DNA from: Octopus vulgaris
Lineage: Eukaryota
NCBI GenBank assembly: GCA_951406725.2
Contig: OX597818.1
Coordinates: forward strand, 130,634,001 to 130,698,000
Direction: 5' to 3'
Length of the DNA stretch: 64,000 nt
Shown: positions 53,950 through 64,000 of the stretch, piece after piece
How the letters are laid out: every line of letters starts with the position of its first letter
Numbering within the stretch: position 1 is the first letter of the stretch
The notes under the pieces: generated by a model
Databases searched by the model: none
The model's input: only the letters and a program-made list of their open reading frames with translations
Told to the model about the DNA's origin: nothing
Translations under genes and position numbers: made by a program

Positions 53950-54850
53950 TAACGACAATGATGAGGATGATGATGACAACAGTGCTGTTGTTGATGATGA
54001 TGATGATGCTGATGATGATGGTAGTGGTGGTGGTAGTAGTGGTGGTAGTGGCAGTGATGATGAAGGTCTAAACGATGACAGGACAGTGAATTGGAACCAT
54101 GACGGACAAAATGATGACAACCACCACCACCACCATCACCACCACCACCACCACCACCACCACCACCACCAAGACCACCACCACCATCACCACCACCACC
54201 ACCACCATCACCACGACCACTACGACCACCAAGACCACCACCACCACCACCACCACCACCACCACCACGACACCACGACCACTACGACCACCAAGACCAC
54301 CATCACCACCACCACCACCACCACAACCACGACCACGACCACCACCTTCACCACCACCATGACCAACACGACCACCACCACCATTACTTTTCCCATGATG
54401 ATAATAACTCTCACCACTCAATCACACACAGTCTTTTCTCTTCATCTCCTCATCATCATTAACACAATCACCATCAATAATAACAATGTTGATGTCCGTG
54501 ACAATGACGATGACAACACTTATCTTCATCGTCATCATCATCGTCATCATTGTCATTGCTATTATTGTCATTTTCATAATCACATTGTTGATGTAAACAA
54601 CAAGTATCATCATCATTGCCTCAAAAAAAAAATGATGATGATCATCATCATCATAAACATGATAATAACGATAGTAATGATTATAATGGTGGTGGTGGTG
54701 GTGATGATGAAGATGATGATGATTATGATGACAATGGTGGTGGTAGTGGTGGGGGGGGGGGTGATGATGATGGTTATGACAATTGTGATGATAATGACAA
54801 TGGTATGATGACGATGATGACAATGGTGATGATGAAGATGATGATGGTAC
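53950..54850. repeat. (CAC)n/(CAT)n/(GAT)n/(GGT)n low-complexity region
   Basis: Direct inspection. Confidence 0.92.
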
Positions 54851-56316
54851 TTGTACTTTATTTTGTTAATCCTAGATAAATGAAATGCAAAGTGGGCCTC
54901 TCTGAGATTTGAACTCAGAATGTAAAGAGCTGAAATAAATACAACAAGGTATTTTGTACAAAGTTTGTATAGATAATTGAATGCGAACAATTTGCTTCCT
55001 TGGATATGATCCTTTCTACTGTAGGCACAAGGTCAGAAGTTTTGAAGGAGAGGATTGGTCAATCACATTAACCCCAGTGCTCTGCTGGTACTTATTCTGT
55101 CAATCCTGAAAATCAATCTCAGTGGAATTTGAACTCAGAATATGAAACCAAAGAAATACCGCTATGCATTTTGTCCAGCATGCTACTGATTCTGTAAGCT
55201 CACCACCCTATAATAAAGGGTTCACTTCAAAATTACAACAACACTATGAAATCTGACAGGCAGCTGAAGAAGGCCAGCAAGTGCAATAGCTGAAATGTTG
55301 TGACTATAACAACAAAGATGAGGGACACCAGTCTGAATATATCAGTGAATAATAACTGGTGGAGAGTCCCAAAAAAGCAATACTTGAGATGCAGTTTCAA
55401 TTCTGAATTGCATCGTTATACTTAATTTGCCATTCATATCATTCCTTCTTTCAGTTATGGCACAATAAGCAAGCTTCTCACCACACGACTATGCTTGTGC
55501 CTATATATATATATATCATCATCATCGTTTATATACACATATATATACATATAACATCACCATTTGGTATCCATCTTCTATACTGGCAAGGCTTGGACAG
55601 TTTTACAGGAGTTGGCAAGCCAGAGGATTGTGTCAAACTCTATTATCTGCTTTGGCATAGTTTCTATGGTCGATGCTCTTCTAATGATAAATCCTCATCA
55701 TCATCATCGACATTTAATGCCTGTTTTCTATGCTGGCATGGTACTGGATGGCTCGATAGGAACTGGCAAGGCCAGGGGCTGCACTAGGTTCCAAGTCTAT
55801 TATTTCTTGGTTTCTATAGCTGGATATCCTTCCTAACACCAACCACACTACAGAGTGTACTGGGTGCATTTTACATGTCACCAGTAACCACACCAATACT
55901 GTTTACTGAGTCTCCAAGAAAGGGAGGAAATGCAGAAGATGCCTCAAACCCAAGATCTGATATGAATGCTTGCAACAAAGTGGACTCCACTAAAAGTAAC
56001 TTGGGTACCTGAAGATGGTATTAAACCAAACAACAGATTAAGTTTACCACCTGAGTAGAATACGATGGGATTTGAACTCAGAACACAAAGATACTATAAA
56101 ACATCAAGTCCAATGTTATTACAGTTTTGCCTATTCACCATCCTGGATTTGTACTCCTTTACTGACCCTGAGAAAATGAAAAACAATGTTGACACCAGTG
56201 GGATTTGAACTTAAAACACAGTGAATTGGAGCAAATACTAACATCCCTTTCATCTTTTTGCTTCTACACTTTGAAACCTTTCATGGTTTACCTTTCTTTA
56301 TCATTTCAAGAATTAA

Positions 56317-56990
56317 CCCTTTTGATACTATCCCACCTTGGTCCACCCGAGGTTGCGTCATACAAACTTTCAGGTTTAAAGTCATTTAAATCAAAACCTT
56401 CATTTAAAATTTCATGTTAGAATTTATGTTCCATACTCTAGCTTAATAACGACAGAATTATTTTACTAAATTCTTCAATGTGTTAAGTAGCTTGCTGTGT
56501 GGTAAGCAGATTGCAATAGGCGCAGGAGTGGCTGTGTGATAAGTAGCTTGCTCACCAACCACAGAGTTCCGGGTTCGGTCCCATTGCTTGGTGCCTTGGG
56601 CATGTGTCTTCCACTATAGCCTCAGGCTGACCAAAGCCTTGCTTGTGGATTTGGTAGATGGAAACTGAAAGAAGCACATCGTATATGTGTGTGTGTGTGT
56701 GTGTGTATGATTGTGTGTCTGCGCTTGTACCCCAACCATCTCTTGACAACCGATGCTGGTGTGCGTATGCCCCTGTAACTTAGCAGTTTGGCAAAAGAGA
56801 CCGATAGAATAAGTACTAGGCTTACAAAGAATAAATCCCGGGATCAATTTGTTTGACTAAAGGTGGTGCTCCAGCATGGCCTCAGTCAAATGACTGAAAC
56901 AAGTAAAAGAATAAAAGAATGCTTTAGAAATTAACTGAAACAAGAGTAATGTATGTATTTCAACAGAAATATGTTGATGAGATTTTTTTC
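56317..56990. mobile_element. TTAA MITE (reverse of the 10406-10626 family) interrupted by SINE family A (56519-56920, +)
   Basis: TTAA|CCCTTTTGATAC terminus; AATTTATGTTCC..AGCTTAAT..TTACTAAATTCTT matches the reverse complement of ~10470-10525. Confidence 0.65.
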
Positions 56991-57024
56991 ATAATTATGA
57001 TTGGTGATTAGTCTATGGAATCCT

Positions 57025-57245
57025 TAAGGCAGTGAGCTGGCTGAACCATTAACACACTGGACAAAATGTTTAGTGGTATTTCATGTGTCTTTATGTTCTG
57101 AGTTCAAATCCTGCCAATGCCAACTTTGTCTTTTATCCATTCCATTGTTGATAAAACAAGTACCAGTTGAACACTGGGGTCGATGTAATCAACTTCCTTC
57201 CCCCTCCCCTGAAATTGCTGGCCTTGTACCAAGATTTGAAACTAA
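57025..57245 (+). mobile_element. SINE family B, diverged
   Basis: AAGGCAGTGAGCTGG head; AAGTACCAGTTGAACACTGGGGTCGATGTAATC. Confidence 0.75.
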
Positions 57246-58301
57246 TCTATATAATCGTTTCCTCTTCAGATCCTTATTGTTATAAATGATTGGATGAAAG
57301 TGAACGAATCTGTTGAAAGTGACAGGCAAAGTAGCTTATGGTCCCTTTTTTACATAGCAAATTTAAAACTCACCGGGGCCAACAAATTTGTTTTTCATTC
57401 TTCTGGTGGGTGGTAGTGGTATGGGGGTGGTGCTGGGTGGTGGCAATAAAATAAAGTACCAGTCAAGAACTAGGGACATTCAAATTAACTATACAAATTC
57501 CTTGCGCAATTTGAATTTATGGCCTTGTGCCTAAGTCAGAAGTCATCATCAATATTATTATTATTATTATATTTTTGCTGTTGTTATTATTGTTATTTCA
57601 ATTTAATTCCATTTCAATTTTAAATTTCAAAAAAAAAAAAAATAAATAAATAAAGAAACAAACAAACAAATTCAATCAAGTACGAAAAAGAAACGAAATA
57701 AATGTTCACTTGAGTTTTTCTCATCAATGTTATTGCCAGTCATCTTAAAGTTGCAGCTGGTTTCTTTAATTAAGATGTATATTATTATTTTTTTTTGTCA
57801 TTGTTTTTAATTTATTTTGTTTTGTATTTTTTTCTTTGATGTAACTGTATTGTTGTTGTTGTTGTTGTTGTTGTTTTTATTAATTAATTGCAATTGTGAA
57901 CAATAGCATCATTGGGTATTTGATACTCAAACACCTCTTTCTTTCTCTCACTCTCGCACTACCATCCTACCCCAAAAATCTAATAATGATATCTCGGTCC
58001 ATGGTTCACTGAAGTACAGAGATCTTTGGTGATGCACACATGGTGGATGCAGTGAGTCAATAGCCCTTGAACTTCAGGATGTGTACACGAGAGCTCTATG
58101 GTTTGTGACTTTAATCTGCAGGTCACTTACTCTGAAATGTATCAATGAATAAGGTTCATAACAGCTTGTTACATGCAGTGTCTCTCATACCATCAAAATT
58201 AAATTTAAAATACAACTGCATGGAAAAGTGGACATATAAATGATGACAATGAGGATTATGATGATGATGATGATGGGGAAAATGATGAGGATGATGGTGA
58301 A

Positions 58302-58337
<36 letters not shown>

Positions 58338-59014
58338 AATGGATTGATATGTATTCCACCAATTTCATAGATTGTTCCGTGCTATGCCGTTCCAGGACCA
58401 AAGTGACCAGATGGTAAAACATGAGGTGATCTGTGTCGTGTAGGGATTCATCTCATGCTGAGTATATAAGGGATTCCCAGTAACACTAGAAATACAGGGA
58501 TGTAAACAAATCAACACTAGTTGTCAAGCAGTGAGAGACAAACCCGAATAAAATATAGTTACACACATGCACACACGTCTTTTAATAGACATTTTGTGAC
58601 CATTTTGGAATATAAGCTACACTGGTGGAGTGTCATTTGTGATATCAAATCTAGTTGAATAAATGCTGATATTTCTTTTCCTCCACATGAAACTTTAGGT
58701 TCTGGAAAGAAGTCAAAAATCCTGTTGGAAGAGATATTTTACATCCCATCATTTCACATCATTTTCAGGTCCCTGTATACTTGTAAACAAAAACAAATAC
58801 ACTCTTTTATCCACTCCCTGCCTCAGCACCATCCTCGACCCTTCGGAACATTTAGGATGTGATACATAGGGGGTGGGGGAGAGAGCTAGAGCACCACTTG
58901 GTTGCTACTCATTTTAGCTGAGAAAAATTAAACAATGTAAGACAAACGGCTTTCCTCAAGGGTATATCATGCTACCTGACTTGAGGAATTCAACCCACAA
59001 CACTACACTTAAAT

Positions 59015-59208
59015 CATCATATCATCATCATCATCGTTTAGCGTCCGTTTTCCATGCTAGCATGGGTTGGACGGTTCTACTGGGGTCTGTGAAGCCAGAA
59101 GGCTTCATCAGGCCCAGTCAAATCTGGCAGTGTTTCTACGGCTGGATGCCCTTCCTAACGCCAACCACTCCGTGAGTGTAGTGGGTGCTTTTTACGTGCC
59201 ACCCGCAC
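59015..59208 (-). mobile_element. Family D element
   Basis: Near-identical to the 16241 copy. Confidence 0.85.
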
Positions 59209-59298
59209 TGAATATATAATATATAATATAAATATAAATATATATATATAGGCATATATACTTACATATATGTACATACTGACATATACATGTGTGTG

Positions 59299-59348
<50 letters not shown>

Positions 59349-59771
59349 TATATGGGTACAGGACGTCAAAAAATGTAAACAGCATGAAATACGAAAACAT
59401 GAAATCTGAAATACAGAAAACAACATGAAATGCGAAGACAAACTTATTTTTTGCAAACAACGAGAGAAACAAATGGAAAGCAAGACAAGAAACATAAAGA
59501 ACGACTCTTCATCAGTTGTTGGCTGTTTTATCTACTCCACATTTCGAGCAATTCACAACAATATGTACCTTCAAGGAAACAGTCACTCCTGCAAACCAAA
59601 ATAAGATTTGGGATTCTGCAGAGGGTAGCGTTCACCGCATTACCTCATCTGACTTACATCATCATAATGGAGGACATAACATAATGTAAAACTGTTTTTA
59701 TTATAACAGAACATAAAAAAACAAGCATTAATATATATATATATTTACTCTTTTATTTGTTTCAGTCATTT

Positions 59772-60107
59772 GTCTGTGTGTCTGTTAGGTTGTACCCTCA
59801 CCCAGACCACGGCTTTCAACCGATTCTGATGAAACTTGACACACACATAGCCCAATATCATAATTCAAAACTAATGCAGCGAAAATTTTGAAAAGTTCCC
59901 CAAGTTCTGAAAAAAATCGATAAATTCGACATGGGGTCGAGAATCAGAAACACAAACCACAGACTATCTAGGGACGCAACTCGACCTTTTTAACTCTCAA
60001 AAAAATAATTTACCATCGTGTTTTTTCCATTTTTTGGCTATAACTCTCTAAAAATGCTTTATAGTTATTTCCCTTACAAATCCGAGCAACGCCGGGCGAT
60101 ACTGCTA

Positions 60108-60108
<1 letters not shown>
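59772..60108 (+). mobile_element. Non-autonomous Helitron, 5' end truncated
   Basis: TCTGTGTGTCTG and CCGATTCTGATGAAACTTG subterminal motifs; 3' hairpin TCCGAGCAACGCCGGG then CTGCTAG|T. Confidence 0.78.
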
Positions 60109-60168
<60 letters not shown>

Positions 60169-60169
<1 letters not shown>

Positions 60170-60667
60170 TCAAATTATGATGAACGTAAACAAACAAGCG
60201 AAGTTTGCTTTAGAAGCGTTGAGATGTCTTAGAAAGTTAAAGAAGTGATTTTAGATTCTCAAACGCAGGCTAATGCTTACAATATAGCCTGAACAGAATA
60301 ATCTACCCCTATTTAGCAGAAAAAGTTGTTGGTGGCTAATACACAAACACACACACACACACACTAGTAATTATTTGGACTTTGGGTATATGTCTAGTGA
60401 GTATGCTGATTAAAACACTTTCACCGTTTAGGCTACCTGATGCCAATCACTGTTACAATATAATTGTCACTGGATTAATGTTAGTGTAGCCAACAAAATC
60501 CATCTTCTATTTCTCTTGTTCATTACACACACACAAACGCACGCATGGTTCCAGGTTCAGTCCCACTGCGCCTTGGGCAAGTGTCTTATACTATAGCCTT
60601 GGGCTGACCAAAGCCTTGTGAGTGGATTTGGTACATGGAAACTGAGAGAAGCCCATCATATATATAC

Positions 60668-60733
<66 letters not shown>

Positions 60734-61834
60734 GTATATGTGTGTGTGAGTTCTCTAACATTGCTTGACATCGATGCTGGTGTGTTTATGTCCCCGTAAC
60801 TTAGTAGTTTGGCATAAGAGGCCGATAGAATAAGTACTAGGCTTACAAAGAATAAGTCCTGGGGGCGATTTGCTTGACTATAGGCGGTGCTCCAGCATGG
60901 CAGCAGTCAAACTAACTGACACAAATAAAAGAATATATTTATATATATATATATATATATATAAAAGAGTATATATACATATATATATATATATACTCTT
61001 TTACTTGTTTCAGTCATTTGACTGCGGCCATGCTGGAGCACCGCCTTTAGTCAAGCAAATCGACCCTGGGACTTATTCATTGTAAGCCAAGTACTTATTC
61101 TATCGGTCTCTTTTTGCCGAACCGCTAAGTGACGGGGACGTAAACACACCAGCATCGGTTGTCAAGCAATGCTAGGGGTACAAACACAGACACACAAACA
61201 CACACACACGTATATATATACGACAGGCTTCTTTCAGTTTCCGTCTACCAAATCCACTCACAAGGCATTGGTCGGCCTGGGGCTATAGCAGAAGATACTT
61301 GCCCAAGATGCCACGCAGTGGGACTGAACCCGGAACCATGTGGCTGGTTAGCAAGCTACTTACCACACAGCCACTTCAAATTATGATGAACGTAAACAAA
61401 CAAGCGAAGTTTGCTTTAGAAGCGTTGAGATGTCTTAGAAAGTTAAAGAAGTGATTTTAGATTCTCAAACGCAGGCTAATGCTTACAATATAGCCTGAAC
61501 AGAATAATCTACCCCTATTTAGCAGAAAAAATTGTTGGCGGCCAATACACAAACACACACACTAGTAATTATTTAGACTTTGGGTATATGTCTAGTAGTA
61601 TGCTCATTAAAACACTTTCACCGTTTAGGCTACCTGATGCCAATCACTGTTACAATATAATTGTCACTGGATTAATGTCAGTGTAGCCAACAAAATCCAT
61701 CTTCTGTTTCTCTTGTTCATTACACACACACACAAACGCACGCATGGTTCCAGGTTCAGTCCCACTGCGCCTTGGGCAAGTGTCTTCTACTATAGCCTTG
61801 TGAGTGGATTTGGTAGATGGAAACTGAGAGAAGC

Positions 61835-61911
<77 letters not shown>

Positions 61912-62118
61912 GTGTGTGTATATGTGTGTTTGAGTTCCCTAACATTGCTTGACATCGATGTTGGTGTGTTTACATCCCCGTAACTTAGTGGTTTGGCGTA
62001 AGAGGCCGATAGAATAAGTACTAGGCTTACAAAGAATAAGTCCTGGGGCGATTTGCTTGACTATAGGTGGTGCTCCAGCATGGCAGTAGTCAAACTGACT
62101 GAAACAAATAAAAGAATA

Positions 62119-62150
<32 letters not shown>
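60169..62150. repeat. Local direct duplication (~60169-60960 and ~61375-62150) separated by an inverted SINE family A (60995-61374)
   Basis: Both copies start TTCAAATTATGATGAACGTAAACAAACAAGCG, include unique sequence plus a SINE A copy, and differ by scattered substitutions and small indels. Confidence 0.92.
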
Positions 62151-62157
<7 letters not shown>

Positions 62158-62324
62158 ACACATATATATACCAATTAAGGACTGAACACGAAAAAGTGGA
62201 CAGTCAACATGCTAGATATAGACGTCAAATCGCCATTCTCCACAAAAAGTCTATGTTCTCAGATCAAACTCAACACAAAACCAAAACAATAAACAAGTGA
62301 AAAATATACGAAATAAATATTTGC

Positions 62325-62390
62325 CCATGTACTAAATTTAGTTTCGGCTGTTATTTTCCGCAAGGAAAAGTGCAGCCATCATCAGCATGG
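62325..62390 (-). ncRNA. Type I hammerhead ribozyme motif (best copy)
   Basis: Minus strand CCATG-CTGATGA-T-GGCTG..TTTTCC TTGC GGAAAA..CAGCC-GAAACTAAATTTAGTA-CATGG: 5-bp stem I, intact core, stem II, 12-nt palindromic stem III, GUA triplet. Confidence 0.88.
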
Positions 62391-62760
62391 TCCCATATAA
62401 AATGTAATTTGCTGTACTAAATGCCAACACGATACCGAAATATCGCGTGCATGGAGTACGGCCTATTACATTTGAAATATATATTTCAAATGTCTCTAAT
62501 TTTGGCGCGATGAGACCCGAGAAAACTAGCCTGCAGCTAATAGTTAGCAGCAGTTAATTTATCGGTTAGAGAACAAATATTTATATAAAATTAAATTTAG
62601 GGTAAAAATTGATATTTATCAATTAGAACCAGTGGTCAATCTTCGGATTCTTTCTTTAATATGCTAGACCACTGGTTCTAATTGATAAATATCAATTTTT
62701 ACCCTAAATTTAATTGTACACACATATATGTATACACATACATATATATATATACATATA

Positions 62761-63450
62761 CTAGCTGACGTACCCGGTAATTCCCAGGAAAGTGGGGCTT
62801 ATCCCTTGGTTCTGTTCCCATTATTGTTTTGCTAATCCAATAACAACAATACAAAGTATGTAGCTCTTAGAATGGTTTTTGTGCATTTACAGACAATACT
62901 GAAATGCCTTACACAGGATCTTGTTTTTAGGAATTCCCAATAAGTTATGAATACCCAAATTGTGAAGTCAGTTATGTAATAACATGAAATTAGTTACCCA
63001 ATAGTAAGAATTCAAATAAAGTAGCCCCTGAAAAAGGTTTTAATGTGTTCCCAGAGTATATAGAACTTAGGAGGAAATACTAATAAGGTATGTATACTAA
63101 AATTGTAAAGCATGTTACATAATAACAGGCTAATCATATATGAGATGATAACAATTCAGAGTAAATAATTCTGAAAAGGCTTTTGTGCATTCCCAGAGAA
63201 TATTACCCTCAGGGGCACTAGTGTTGGTACATTTGTGAATAAGTCACTAACCGAAATAAGTGGATCTACTGTTTTGGAAAATACTATTTACTTGTTTAAG
63301 GGTTGTACTGGATAAGTTGTGAAAATAACTCTAACAGATCAAATACTAAAAATGAGTATACTCAATTTGATCTATACCAAATAATTTAGAAAAATGGATG
63401 GGTTATTTCCTTTGGATATTAAAATAAAATATATTAGTTATATATAAGGA
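62761..63450 (-). mobile_element. Non-autonomous Helitron (690 bp)
   Basis: Minus strand A|TCCTTATATATAACTAAT 5' end; CCTGGGAATTACCGGG hairpin then TCAGCTAG|T 3' end. Confidence 0.82.
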
Positions 63451-63451
63451 T

Positions 63452-63626
63452 CCCTTCCAAGGGCCCTATTATCGATTTTTTCTAACAATCTGAGTATGCG
63501 ATGAGGTTTCCAGACATGAGTTCTAGTCACATCTCAAGTTTCATCAAAATTGATAAAACGACATAGGAGGAGTTAGCTAACATCTCCACAAACACACCCA
63601 CAGACAGAATTTCCCACATATGTAGA

Positions 63627-63628
<2 letters not shown>
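63452..63628 (-). mobile_element. Helitron-like 5' fragment
   Basis: AAGTTTCATCAAAAT and ACAAACACACCCACAGACAG motifs, resembling the reverse complement of 59772-59850. Confidence 0.55.
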
Positions 63629-63659
<31 letters not shown>

Positions 63660-63680
63660 ACACACATACGCAAACACCCA

Positions 63681-63724
<44 letters not shown>

Positions 63725-63729
63725 CACAC

Positions 63730-63885
63730 ATAGAGCTTCTTTCAGTTTCCATCTGTCAAATATACTTAAAATCTTTGGTCAGCCTGGAACTATAATGGAA
63801 GACATTTGACCAACATGCACCACAGTGGGGCCGAAACTGAAACTATGTGACTGCAGAGCAAACTTCCTAACCACACAGCCACAGA
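63730..63885 (-). mobile_element. SINE family A head fragment, diverged
   Basis: CTTCTTTCAGTTTCC...ACCACACAGCC. Confidence 0.7.
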
Positions 63886-63910
63886 TATGCTTATCTCTCT
63901 CTCTCTCTCT

Positions 63911-63961
<51 letters not shown>

Positions 63962-64000
63962 TATGTGTGTGTGTGTATACATACAAAATATTGCAAAGAT

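Noticed and set aside
54068-54990. His/Thr-rich 240-aa ORF and overlapping ORFs
   Set aside because: Low-complexity repeats only.
55261-55316. CTGAAGA...GAAATGTTGTGA hammerhead-like string
   Set aside because: No NUH triplet or stem I/III pairing in this copy.
59820-59840. CTGATGAAAC as a ribozyme core
   Set aside because: No room for stem II; it is the Helitron subterminal motif.

Overview
AT-rich, microsatellite-saturated eukaryotic non-coding DNA (intron or intergenic). The SINE complement and the (TA)n/(CA)n/(AAT)n/(CAT)n load suggest an Octopus-like coleoid cephalopod, which is an inference. No host protein-coding gene is confidently visible. Almost all ORFs in the track are microsatellite or SINE artefacts, and there is one weak candidate exon near 12.1 kb. 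Recognisable elements are: a full-length decayed Tc1-like transposon with DD36E spacing (1975-3230); a decayed mariner (8534-9503); an RTE/BovB-like LINE 3' fragment (19893-20266); non-autonomous Helitrons; Tc1/mariner and TTAA (piggyBac-like) MITEs; and many copies of three tRNA-headed SINE families plus a (GAT)n-tailed element. The most notable signal is a set of short elements inserted in (TA)n tracts that carry minimal type I hammerhead ribozyme folds (four good, several degenerate or half copies) and/or terminal fold-back inverted duplications. This architecture is expected of Penelope-like retroelement termini or retrozyme-like derivatives. All structures were read by eye; no searches or folding programs were run.
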